A stretch of 64,000 nucleotides of DNA from Raja brachyura (Eukaryota). This document shows, one piece after another, positions 40,900 to 53,333 of the stretch (position 1 is its first letter; each line of letters opens with the position of its first letter). The translations under genes and the position numbers were made by a program. The stretch covers positions 12,338,001 to 12,402,000 of the forward strand of contig OY740804.1 of assembly GCA_963514005.1 (NCBI GenBank), in the 5' to 3' direction. The notes beneath the pieces are model-generated. The model was given only the letters and a program-made list of their open reading frames with translations, did no database searches and was not told the origin of the DNA.

Positions 40900-41420
40900 T
40901 TACTCACTATACCCTGGACTCAGCACATCAATGCAGTTAGAAAGAAAGCCCATCAATGCCTCTACTTCCTTATGTCAACTATAGATGAACAAATATTCTC
41001 TTGAACTTCTACAGGTAGAGAGCATACTCACTGGATGCATCACGGTCTGGTTCAGCAATGCAGATGCCCAGGAATGGAGATCACAAAAAGTGGTGAATCC
41101 AGTGAACACTGCCCAGTCCACCAGCAAAGGGATTTATCAGAGACACTGCCACAAAAAGGCAGCCAACTTTTCCAGGGACCCACACACACACTCTGGCACA
41201 CTCTCTCACATTACACTCCTGCCATTAGGATGACGACAAATGCCTGAAAACTAACATCCAAGTTCAGGAACAGCTTCTTCCCAACAGCCATCGGGCTATT
41301 GAACACTAACTACTCCTACTAAACCCCGAAGTACAATGACATTCCTAGTGCATTGCCTGCACTAGGAATGTCATTGTTCCATTTCAGAACATATGACAAT
41401 AAAACACTCTTGACTCGATT
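40900..41420 (+). mobile_element. Rex1/Babar-type LINE 3' fragment
   Basis: VESILTGCITVWFSN; RNSFFPTAIGLLN; caataaa + ctcttgactc tail. Confidence 0.75.
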
Positions 41421-42014
41421 GCGAGTTATAGCATCACCTACGAAAGACTTTATAAACCTTCAAAAGTGTGAATTGGGTTGGGTTTTTTAACGTAGAATTC
41501 TGCATTATACGTGGAATGTTCTGCACAGGATAGGGAAGTGTATTAAACACAATTCGTCTCCTCAAATGGCCCAAATTTCAAGAAGCACTTCCCTCTTGTG
41601 GGTCCCCAGAGTTGGAGATAGCAGAAGTCAAAGGAGCCTTCAAAATAAATATAGGATCCATGCATATGGTACCATCCTTATAACAATTAGTCCTCAAGAA
41701 CATGGAAGTAATCTTCACAAGGATGATTTCCAATAATTAAAATGAAAAATATTACATATTGTGCACTATTGCATGTTAACTCCATTCATCTAAAATAACA
41801 GCTGAAAAAATACCAAATATTGAAAATGCGGTGTTGTTAGAAATGCAAGTTTGGAAATACAATCCATTTTAAAAAGCAGAATAAATTCAAGATGAACTTT
41901 TCTTAGTAAATGAAAAGTTGAAAATGTAAAATTTCCACTTGCTCTTTTTCTAAAAAATGCAAAAATTCAAAGTTGGTGAATTCTAGTGCATGGTACAACA
42001 ATTAAAAAAGTACA

Positions 42015-43028
42015 CCAGCTGCAGACCCGTTGGGCCCGTCCCATAATGCATTATACCACCACTGACCCCTTAGCCCCCAACTGCGCAGGCGCAGCTGACA
42101 GGTTCCCAGGGTTAGGGCCAGAGATCCCCGTTGTGACGCAAGTCATGGCAACCTTCCCCCCACCCTCCCTCTATCCCCCACCCTCCCTCCTTACCGCCCC
42201 CACTTCCCCTCCCTCCCACCCTACCCCTCTCCCCCAATCCCCTTCCTGCCCCACTCTCTCCTCACCCTCACACTTTCTCCTCCCTACCCCCTCCTCTCCC
42301 TCGATCCCCTTCTCCCCCACTCCTCACCTCCCCACAATGAAAATCGTGGGAAAAAAATGAAATTATCAATGAAAACCTAAACACAATGTTAGCTGTTAAT
42401 GAAAACGAAAGAAATTTGATTAAAATGGATTTGATTTCAGAATAAAATCAATGTAAACGAAAATCTCGATTTTTAATGTAAATGAAATTCGGGATCCCAT
42501 TGTGACTTCGAACGCGGCTGACGGGCAGGGTGGAAACGAGCTTTTTGTAAAGTTTTAAATGTCAATAACTTGTAAAATATAACATAAATCTGAATGAAAC
42601 TTGGCTAATGCACACCCCAGGACAATGGTGAGTAAGGTGGGCCAAATATTGTAGCTCCATCATGTACCATTTTGGCGGAGTTATCAGAACACGCACTCAT
42701 GCATACAAACAAGATGAGAGTTTCAGTAATATATGCTAGACCAAGTGGGACTCAGTGTCCTGTCTTTGTAACATTGTAACGGGCAGGGGCAGCAAGTTGG
42801 AATTGGATTTTTTACAATGAGAAGCTAATTTTCTTAAGTTTAAAATGTAAATAACTTGTGAAATATAACATAAATCTGAACGAAACTTTGATTAAATGCA
42901 CCACAGGACAATTGTAAGGTGGTCCAAAAATTGTATCGTGTACCGTTTTGCCGTAGTTCCGGGAGCACATGGGCACTCACGCAAGCGGACAGAATCACAA
43001 ACAAGATGCGAGTGTTAGTAATATATAG
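42015..43028 (+). repeat. Composite repeat with two related ~250-bp units (Helitron/Helentron-like non-autonomous element, tentative)
   Basis: Repeated ATAACTTGT.AAATATAACATAAATCTGAA.GAAAC and CAAACAAGATG.GAGT.T.AGTAATATA ends at ~42730 and ~43025. Confidence 0.45.
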
Positions 43029-44118
43029 AATGATAAATAAACATACTGCTCTCTTAAGGTCAATCTTGTAATAATCCAGAATCCCAAGAATGCTGCTAAT
43101 TGTTGTCTCGAATGATCAAGCCGGCTATCCCTGCTTCTTTCAGAAGCAAAAAAAATCTAAGCTTTTCCAACAATGCCACCACAAATCAACTTTCATTGCA
43201 TCTTTGTCGAAAAGCTTTTGTATTAAAACATCCACATTTCTTTCACAATAAATGGTCTGACAAAAAAAAATCAAGAAAATTTAGCTAACTAAAATGGCCT
43301 ACCATCAACCATAACTAACACAATAGGACCAAGTTTTTTTTTTAATTTGGGAAAACTTGAGCACTTTGGAAGTCCATTGCCACTGGTAGCAAATGTTGCA
43401 AGTTTTGTGTTATATTGATAAACTTCATCTCAGCACAGGCTAAAGAAAAATATCAAGTAATACCGTACATCTACAATCAGTTCAAAATAACAATCAAGAT
43501 ATGCCAAATTACAGAACATTTCTGTCTGATGTTTTTTGCATACATTTCTTGCTGTTTAATTAGAACTAAGTGTGCATAAAAAGAGCCAAAGTATTGCATC
43601 TAATTTACAGATTTATTTTGTCTCTCTTTTCCCTTCACTGAATATGCCATCCAATGTTACAAATATCAGATAGCACAATTTTAAGCAAATTGCACTAACA
43701 TTCTCTCAGATGCAAGGTATTCAAAAACGAGAAGCCCACTGAATAACTGCAGTAAAAACAACTTAACCTTCTAAAAGACAACTGTGTAGTTTTGTATACA
43801 ATTACACCAATTGTGATAGGTATCTTGTTTTATCTTTAGCCAACTTAAAATAATGAAGCAACTTTAAAAGCCCTTTGAGCAAAGATACGGGAAAATCTGA
43901 TTTGAAAAAATCTGTTTTGAAATCAAAGACATAATAATGGACAGCAGCATTTTCCAAAAATTCCCTGTAGCACAAGAATAGAAGAAATGTTGTCTGCAAA
44001 AAATATATATAACTGGACGAAACTCCAGTTGTTTCTACTGCTCCCAAAGTCAAGATGCTTTTTGAGAACCAACCGTGAACTTACATCCACTAATGTCTAC
44101 GGTGAAGAATGGTACTTG

Positions 44119-46880
44119 TGTGGCGGCACCTGATAGCAACCCAAGGTCACGACGAACCATCGGCTCTAGAGGGAGCTGCGCCTTGGTGGGGAAGACGCGA
44201 GTCACGGGGTCGGTATCCAAGTTGTTATTTAAGGCCGGGCAACGCCCGTGTCAGCTGAGGAGTAGGGAGCTGTATGCAGAAGAATAAACACGTCTAGAGC
44301 ACACAACTTGTGTCGACTAGTTTTTTGGCTGGACTCCTGCCAGTCCCTGCCACAATTGGTGACCCCAGACCTCCCAGAAGGGAAATTTAATTAAATGCAT
44401 TCTGCCGCCGCCGCCTACGAGGCCGAACTCAATGCGGTCTCCCTGAAGCCACCTACATTTTGGACCTCGCAGCCGATTTCCCATTCGCGGCGTTACACCA
44501 TCCAATTTCACATCCGCGGCGTTACAGCTGATGAGACTCGCTATCACTATGTGGTAAGCGCCCTTGACCAGCAGGCAGCCGGACGCGTCATTCCTTACCT
44601 GGATAACCCGCCGGTCGCGGGGAAATACACAGGCCTCAAGGAGTTGTTGCTCCGGATCTAAAGGCCGAGCCGAATGCAGCACGCCTGTCAGGTCCTTAAC
44701 ATGGGCGGGCTCGGCGATCGGATGCCCTCGACCCTCATGAGTGAGATGCTCACGCTCATGGGCAACCACCTGCCCTGTCCGCTCTTTGAATTCACCTACC
44801 TGCAGCAGTTGCCACGAGACCTCCGCCAGCAGCTCGTGGGGGAGAGCTTTGAAGATCCCATCCAGCAAGCAGCCCGTGCTGACGAGCTGTGGATCTCTGA
44901 CCAGCAGCAGGTGGGCGCGCTGGAATACCTGGAGCCGCTGGAATCCCAGGAATCGCTGGACTGGATTGATTCAATGTCCAGGCTGGCCCAGCGACCCAGG
45001 ACCACGCCCACAAGAGCCACAGACAAGACAAGTGGCACAGGAGAGGATGGCTGAGCAGGATCCAGGAGATCCAAGGAGAAGAATGTTGGGTGTTTATCAC
45101 CAGCGCAAGGGTTCAGCAGCCCGCCAATGCCGCCAGCCATGTTTGTTTCCAGGAAACGGTAGCGCCGGCCGCCGATAGTCACTGCGGTGGACCGCAGGAT
45201 CCATCGACTGTATGTCTTGGACCGGCGCTCGGGGCTCAGATTCTTGGTGGATACGGGGGCGGAGGTCAGCGTATTTCCCCCATCAGGACTTGACCTTCGA
45301 GCTGGTAAGAGGGGGCCCCCCGTTAACTGCTGCGAATGGCAGTTCAATCCACACATATGGCGTCCGCACGGTTCCTGTCATTTTCGGCGCGTGCCATTTC
45401 ACCTGGCCTTTCATCATCGTAGACGTGGCCCAGCCGCTGGCCACAGATTTCTTGCGGGCGCAGTCACTCCTCATGGACGTGAAGGGCCAACGTCTCATCC
45501 ACGCGTCAACTTTTGAGAAGATCTCCTTGCGCTCCACTGCGCCGGTCAGCAACCCTGTAGCGACGGTGGACAATGTCTACGCCCAGGTACTGGCTGAGTT
45601 CCTGGACATTGTCACCCCCAAGTTCGGCGCAGCCAGCCTGAGGCATGGTGTCATGCTCCATATTCTAACACCGGGTCCACCGCTCCACGCTCGCGCCCAT
45701 AGGCTTGCTCCTGACAAGCTCCTCATAGCAAAAGCGAAGTTTCGGAGTATGGAGGCCATGGGTATCGTTCGACACTCCAACAGCCCATGGGCTTCCCCGC
45801 TGCACATGGTGCCGAAGGTGTCCGGCGGTTGGAGGTTGCGCGGGGAATACCGCCGCCTTAACGAGGCCATGACCGCTACCCTATTCCCCACATACAGGAC
45901 TTCTCAGCACATCTGGCCGGGGCTAGGTTCTTCTCTAAGATCGACCTAGTCCAGGGATATCACCAGATCCCCGTGCGACCGGAGCATGTCCCCAAGACGG
46001 CAATTATCACCCTTTTCGGGATGCCCTTCGACCTCAAGAATGTCGCGCAGGCCTTTCAGCGCTTGATGGACACCGTGTTGGCGGGCTCTACTTCCTATTT
46101 TTCTACTTGGACGATATCCTCGTGGCAAGTCCCTCGTGTGAGGAACACTGCGTCTACTCTTCCAGCGCCTCAGTGACCATGGCCTCGTAATTAACCCTAG
46201 CAAGTGTCAATTCGGCCTTCGGGCCATCAACATCCTGGGGCATTGGGTAACACGGCACGGAGCAGTGCCTCTGCCGAGGCAATCCGCCAGTTCCCGCGGC
46301 CTCTGGCAGTTCGTAGAGCTGGTCACATTTTACCACCGGTTCGTTCCGGCAGCTGCCGAACTTTTGCTGCCACTTTTTCCAGTTGCTGCAGCGCAGATAG
46401 AGCGGTACGCTGTAGCCATTTGAAGGGGGGAAGGAGGCCTTGGCTCGGGCGACTATGCTCGTGCATCCGTGCATCGTGTAGCCCTTACTGTGGATGCCTT
46501 GGACTCTGCGGTCGACGGCGTTTTGGAACAGTCCGTTAACGGCCTCTCGCCTTCTTTAGCCGGCACCCGAGGGTTGTGGAGCAGCACTACAGTGCTTTCG
46601 ACCGGGTGTTGCTCGCCTTACACCTCGCAGTGCGGCACTTCCGATACTTCCTTGAGGGGCGTTCCTTCGTAGCCTTCACGGACCATTAGCCCCTCACATT
46701 TGTTTTTGCGAAGGTTCCGGATCCTTGGTCCACTGTTCAGCACCGCCAGCTGGCGGCCATTTCGAAGTATACAACGGACGTCCGGCACATCGATGGGAAA
46801 TGCAACCTCGCGGCGGATGCTTTGACCCGTCCGGCAATTGTAGCCGTGCTTTACCCGGCCTCGGGGATAGATTACTCCAA
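44119..46880 (+). mobile_element. Ty3/Gypsy LTR retrotransposon, 3'-truncated (5' LTR 44119-44354, PBS, gag, protease, RT, RNase H; no integrase or 3' LTR seen)
   Basis: TGTGGCGG...CTGCCACA termini with AATAAA; PBS TGGTGACCCC (tRNA-Trp-like) at 44357; gag VSLKPPTFW...RYHYVVSALD; protease FLVDTGAEVS; RT SPWASPLHMVPK; many frameshifts. Confidence 0.92.
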
Positions 46881-47619
46881 CTTTTCTATTGTCATGGCAA
46901 ATTTCTATGCTGTGCCAGAACTAAATTTTGAATGAATTTTGCATTGCATTAGCAGAACAAAGTTAAAAATCCTAACCAATGATTTCACCGCACAGTACCT
47001 CTACTGGTTAATGTTGTGAGCCTCCATGAATCTCTGCGCAGTATTGCACATCTAATTAATTTGGGGAAGAATGTGCTTCTCATGTGCTGGTTATCTCTTA
47101 CCCTGGAGCAACCTCTCCTAAAACTTTTGAAAACGACTAGACAGAGATAAAGGCAAGAGGAAATTAGCCTTCAGATTTAAAACGTTTATAAAACCCCAAA
47201 TCTCTCCATACCATTCCAGTTATCTTTCATCTTCAAAAACTGCTCAACTCAGCCACGCCAAGGGAAAATTACATTATATCTGTTCAATTGGATAACTTTC
47301 TTTTACGCTAACGTCTAATGGCAGGAGGGTGTATTTACACTACGCAGTTTCTAATTCCATATAGAAACTACAGAGAATACACAATCCATATTTTTTCCAC
47401 CTGCAAATCATAATCTGATCTCAATCTTTAATCCTGCTTCCTAAAACGAGAATAGTGCAAACACTTGCACCGCTAGGATAGACCAACTAGCAAACGAAAA
47501 AGCTGTTAGATACTAAATGCTTCCAAACAAAGTCATATATGATTCACACTGAATTTTTTGGGAGTACATTCGATAATCTTTCATAGCATCCAAGTTATGA
47601 TGCGCATGTCCAAAAATAA

Positions 47620-47775
47620 ACTACACACTTGCACTTTTTGGGGTGAAAGAAGAGAACCACGATGTTACGAGGAGAACGTGCAAACTCCACATAGACAGCA
47701 CCTGAGGTCAGGACTAAACCCAGGTGTCTGGCACTGTGGTGCAGCAGCTCTACCAGCAGCACCACTGTGCCACCC
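47620..47775 (-). mobile_element. tRNA-derived V-SINE (HE1-like) fragment
   Basis: GGCACAGTGG...GGTAGAGCTGCTGC head and V-domain GTGGAGTTTGCACGTTCTCC. Confidence 0.75.
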
Positions 47776-48458
47776 ACTGCAGGTTGAAATTTTACACAAG
47801 CAGTAAATCTCTTCACTTATAATATCCATCATTATTTTACCAATTAATCAGATAAATAAGATTTAAGACAACTGTGTAAAAGTTAACTTTCCAACAGGAA
47901 AGAAATTAATGATTGTCAGATACATGCACCAGTCAATTGTATGATCTACAAGAGTGCACAACATTTTAGGTTGAGGACCAAATCATCAATACAAATCACT
48001 TGCAATAAATATCTGTACCTTGTTGCGTGTTTTAAAAAAAACACATTTTTGAAGACAGATACCAGAGGAGAATAAAGACCTAGTTTGTTCATTTGGTTGT
48101 GGAACTTTTCTGCGATGATTGAAGGAGACTGATTGCGTCTCTGGTCATGGAGAAAATGAAGGACACATGTTTTTCATACATTGAGGACTGATATGCTTAA
48201 AATGTATTGAATTTAAACAGAAAAGATTGATATGTGGAACAAAAATCAAATTGCTGAAGGAACGCGTAAGCGTATCTGTGCAGAGTTGGAACAAGGACTG
48301 TTCCATAGAGACAACATAAATACAGGCATAGCGGGGGCCCACTCCAGTGCTCATGGTTCTCCACTTGATGTGTAAAAATTGTGAAGAATTGAAAGTCAAG
48401 CTGTTCAGAGTAATACATTCTTCCTGGCAGTTAGGAGTCCATGCAGAGGAACTTATTA

Positions 48459-49530
48459 GGTGTTAAAGAAGGAACTGCAAATGCTGGAGAATCGAGGGTT
48501 ACACAAAAAGCTGGAGAACCTCAGCGGGTGCAGCAGCATCCAAGGAGCGAAGGAGATAGGCGACGTTTCGGGTCAAGACCCTTCTTCAGACTGGTCAGGG
48601 ATCAGGGAAATGAGTGATATAGACAGTGATGTGGAGATGTGAAGAACAATGAAAGAAAGATATGCAAAAAAGTATAGATGATAAAGGAAACAGGCCATTG
48701 TAAGCTGTTTGTAGTGTGAAAATGAGAAGCTAGTGCGACTTGGGTGGGGGGGGGGGGGGGGGGGGGAAGATAGAGAGAGAAGGAATGCCAGGGCCCAAGG
48801 GCTGAGGGAGAGGTGGGAAGGGCAGGAGGCAGCCTGGGTTAACAGAATTGAGAAAATTCAATGTTTAAGCCCCGAGGATGCAGACTCCCCAAGTGGAATA
48901 TGAGGTACTGTTCCTCCAACTTGCGGTGTTGCTCACTCTGGCCGTGGAGGAGGCCCAGGACCGAGGGGCCGGATACGGAATGGGAGGGGGAGTTGAAGTG
49001 CTGAGCCACCGGGAGGTCGGGTTGGTTATTGCAGACCGAGCGGAGATGTTCGGCGAAACGATCGCCCAGCTTCCACTTGGTCTCACCGATGTAGATCAGC
49101 TGGCATCTGGAGCAACGGATGCAGTAGATGAGGTTGGAGGAGGTGCAGGTGAACCTCTGTCGGACTTGGAAGGACTGCTTGGGTCCCCGAAAGGAGTGGA
49201 TGGGGGAGGTGAAGGGACAAGTGTAGCATCTCTTGCGGTTGCAAGGGAAAGTGCCCAGGGAAGGGGTGGAGCGGGAGGGAAGGGAAGAATTGACGAGGGA
49301 GTTGCGGAGGGAGCAGTCTTTGCGGAAGGCAGACAGGGGGGGAGATGGGAAGATGTGGCGAGTGGAGGGGTCACGTTGGAGGTGGCAAAACTGGCGGAGG
49401 ACTATCTGTTGTATGCGCCGGCTGGTGGGGTGAAAGGCGAGGACCAGGGGGACTCTGCCCTTGTTGTGAGTGGGGGAATGGGGAGAGAGAGCAGTGTTGC
49501 GGGGTATGGAGGAGACCCTGGTGCGAACTT
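48459..49530 (-). mobile_element. Penelope-like element 3' part (GIY-YIG + terminal repeat), inverted relative to 53962-55000
   Basis: ORFs 48878..49594(+) and 54050..54610(-) are nearly identical translations. Confidence 0.92.
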
Positions 49531-50075
49531 ATTAGGTATTTGTTTCAGAAAACAGAGGGCCCCCAAACCCTTCCTGATTGTGAGGGGTGTATAGATGATG
49601 TCCACAATGAAAATGAAGTGTTGGAGCCAGGGAATTGGAAGCTGTCAAAACACAAGAGGTGTGCTGAATGTAGCTGGGAAGGCACTGAACAAGGCAAACC
49701 AGGATAGAGTTGAGGCATAGTGACAGTCGCATAAGAGCAGCCAGACGTAACAGTTCCTATCTGTGGAGTAGATTTAAGTTAAGAGAATGAAAGATTAGAG
49801 AATTATGAAAGTTTCACTAAATGGTAAAGGGGCATGGGAGTGAGAAATTTGGTGCCTATGGATGGAGTAAGCAGAAATAATCACCATATTTTAAAAAAAA
49901 CCCAATTGAGGACTTAATGAATCATAGCCTATGGGTGCATAACCCAAAGCTCATTTTAGCCAGCATTAATGTGGGCTGGTAGAGAAAATTGCTGGAGAAA
50001 CTCAGCGGGTGCAGAAGCATCTATGGAGCGAAGGAAATATGCAACGTTTCGGGACGAAACCTTTCTTCAGACCTT

Positions 50076-50874
50076 CAGCCAGTGCAAGCTGGGTGATGAA
50101 AATCTTCACCAATTACAAGGTTTGCGTCCATTTCATTCAAGGTTGTTACACTTCTTAAAAAGAACGGTTGCACTTTAAACAGCTTCAAGCATTAAAATAA
50201 ATTTCAACACCCACATGAAAGAACTGGAATGACCTCCTATCTAATGCACTTTACCTGGTGACTGTGGTGTGGGTCAGAAAGATATAGAGCCCTAAAGTTT
50301 CTACCTAATCCAATCGCAAATGATCTTTGTATGCTTTATGTTGGCTGAATGGTCTTGTGCCTTTATTTTCTATGATTCTGAGAACAACCATGATTTTTAA
50401 AACAATTTGTTTACCAACTAGAAACTGGTTAGACAGGATTTGCTGACCAACTATCATTAATTCTACTGGGATTACATGCTAGACCATCTGCTTGTCAGCA
50501 AATGAAGTTTACTGTTATTGCTGTTGACATCAGTTAATTATTTTGCGATGACTTTGGAGATGGAGACCATGGTCATTGAATGATACAAAGTTGATTAGTT
50601 TGCGTTGTCACCCAGCCAGTGCAAGCTGGGTGATGAAAATCTTCACCAGTTACAAGGTTTGCGTCCATTTCATTGAAGGTTGTTACACCTTTTAAAAAGA
50701 ACGGTTGCACTTTAAACAGCTTTAAGCATTAAAATAAATGTCAACACCCACATGGAAGAACTGGAATGACCTCCCATCTAATGTACTTTACCTGGTAACT
50801 GTGGTGTGGGTTAGAAAGATATAGAGCCCTAAAGTTTCTACCTAATCCAATCTCAAATAATCTCTGTATGCTTT
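50076..50874 (+). repeat. Local direct duplication of ~262 bp (50076-50337 and 50613-50874)
   Basis: CAGCCAGTGCAAGCTGGGTGATGAAAATCTTCACC...TGTATGCTTT appears twice with only scattered substitutions. Confidence 0.95.
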
Positions 50875-51269
50875 CTGTGCATTACTTTACCAGTGTCAAA
50901 CCTTTCAAGCATTTCTGGTCTACCAAAAAGGTCCCTTTATAAACTTATTGTTGTTCCAGCCTGGATTGTTGGGATGCATTCTATGAAACAGACTTAATTC
51001 CAAATCTACACGCCCCAATGAAATCATGGATAATTTGTGACAATTCTGTCTGCTCACATTTGCCCCATCAAAGCCGCAATTTTTATCTAAAGGAGCAGTG
51101 ATTAAAGGAATGAAAAATTAGCAAGATTGAATGGTCCCAGATTAAAGATATGTTTCTCTATAATATAAATTAATTTAACAATAGTTTTTTCCAAGTGATA
51201 AAAGCATTTCAATAAACATCCCAGGCAAAATTTGTTTACTCTCAGATAATATCCAAGTGAATCACGTAC

Positions 51270-51620
51270 CTTGAAGTGACGTTGAATATTGCACGCACTG
51301 CTATCTGATCTGTTTAGCACACGTTCGTTTACAAATGCAGGGTGGACAGAGAGAGAAGGATCTATCAAGCTAGCAGAGAATTCCTATTCTTGCTGCACTA
51401 GTGAGCATCCCAGGACAGCAACAAGAAGTGTAGAAGGTCTAGCAGCGTTGGGAAGTGCTCTTTGTAGGCTGTTGAGTAGGCACAAACTTCTGTTTCGGAT
51501 CAAGTTTTCAGCTGTAGTTTGCTCTTTGGTTGTTGTTCAGCGTTATTTTCTATTTCTCAACGTGATCCGAACTTGAAGCAGCAGTTTCAGATGGTAAATT
51601 CAGTTATATTTCACTTCATA
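51270..51620 (-). other. CSDE1: CSDE1 exon 2 (5'UTR, 351 nt; region of the reported UNR IRES)
   Basis: tttccag|TATGAAGTG...CTGAAACTGCTGCTTCAAGTTC...GAAGTTTGTGCCTACTCAACAGC...GAGCACTTCCCAACGCTGCTAG...CTTCAAG|gtacgt; blocks match the recalled mammalian CSDE1 5'UTR. Confidence 0.88.
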
Positions 51621-52439
51621 CTGGAAAGACAATAGAATCAATGTTAAAATTGGAAGTGCTGGAAGCACCGACGGTTAAACAGCATTGGAAATAATCAGAT
51701 CCAGCATTTCGGGTCAAGGAATCTTTACATAACCATTTGATAACTTTGCTCCACTTAAAAGTGATTGAAATGCAAGTGTTTAAACAGTTTTAAAAGCTAA
51801 GGAAACCCCACAGTAAGTTGAGCTGCTCCAATAAAAACTGAGCCATTAAGAGCTCAAAATTGGAACCGCCTGCACAATAGAGAAAAATACAAGATGTAAA
51901 CATTTATTGTAAGTAAATTAGGGGTTGTTGATTTATTGTAACTATCATACCTTATTTGCAGTTTCTATATCTCTATTGAATCTGCTCTCAGAACATCCAT
52001 GATATCCTCGCCTCAGCAAGTATGGATTTCCCCATCAGTCGCAGATGGAACCCGAATCCATGTCTCCTCTGTTACCCAGTTTTGCTCTTTCCTCCACCTC
52101 CCTGACAGAACAAGGGTTGACTTACCCTGCTACCTCCATTCACCCCATCAGTTTCCATATCCAAACCCTCATTCTTTGTCATTTCCACCACCTTCAATGT
52201 AATCCCACCACCAGTCCCACCTTCACATCTCTACCCCCATCTGCTTTTTTGCACTCTTTATGATTCCTTTATTTGCTCATCTATTTCCAACATGCCCTGA
52301 TCCAGTTGTCCCCAGCAACCACAGGCAGTTCAACATATGTCCCTACACATCCTCTCATCTCCATTCCCAGAGAAAAAAAATGGGAGCAGCTGACATTAGA
52401 CAAGTTCACACATCATTCATGTGGGATTAGTTTAAAGAC

Positions 52440-53320
52440 TAACTAATTAAAGGACGGACCACATGCTCCGGTAATGAGAGAATAAGGATGGCAAGGTAAC
52501 CCTGGATGAAGAGGATGTCTGTGAATTTGGTCAATAAGGAAGCATGTGTAATGTTTAAAATGACAGATTCTTTGAGATTGAGAAAACAAAAAGGGAATTT
52601 GAAAGGACAAAAGGACCCATGAAATGTAATTGGCAAGTCAGATTAAAGAAAATCCCTGGGCATTTTATAACATACGTTAAAAACAAGAGGGTAACACTGG
52701 CAGAAGGTAAGACCACTCAAGGTTAACTTCGAGAATTTATGCTTAAAATAAGAGGATGTAGGAAAGGTACGAAGTGAGTATGTTGCATCTGTATTCATCA
52801 TGGAGACGGACACAAGGACAGCGAGATCAGTATGGGGAATATTAATATGCTAGGGCAGTTTGAAACAAAGAAGGTGGTGGTGTTGGATCTCTTAAAAGCA
52901 CTAAATTAAGATTGATAAATCCCAGGGGCCTGATAGAATTTAGCCCAGGTTATGGAAAGAGGCAAGAAAAGAGATTGCAAGGGTCTTAACGAAGATCTTT
53001 ACAATTTCCATTGCCACAGGCAAGATACCGGAGGATTGGAGAGCAGCCAATTTTGCTTCCATGTTTAAGAAACTGTAGATAAACCATGAAATAATAGGCT
53101 GGCAAGCCTCGTGTCAATGGTAAGGAAGCAAATAGGGAGGATTCTTCAGAATGGAATTTGCTTGCATTTAATGGGTTAATTAGGGAAAGTTAGCACAGTT
53201 TTGTCCGCAGAAAGTCTTTTTGAAAAGGTGATTGATGAGAGTAAAGCCGTGGATGTTGTCTACGTGAATTGTAGAAAGGCAAAAGGTTGAGGATTTTATA
53301 TAGGCACATGGATATGGATC
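52440..53320 (+). mobile_element. Degenerate CR1 ORF2 fragment (interrupted by a Penelope insertion)
   Basis: Decayed DKSPGPD and PEDWRAAN motifs. Confidence 0.7.
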
Positions 53321-53333
53321 ACATGCAAGAGGA

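Noticed and set aside
50091-50340. TGATGA (C-box-like) in the duplicated unit suggesting tandem snoRNAs
   Set aside because: On the strand antisense to the host gene, with no D box or terminal stem at a suitable spacing
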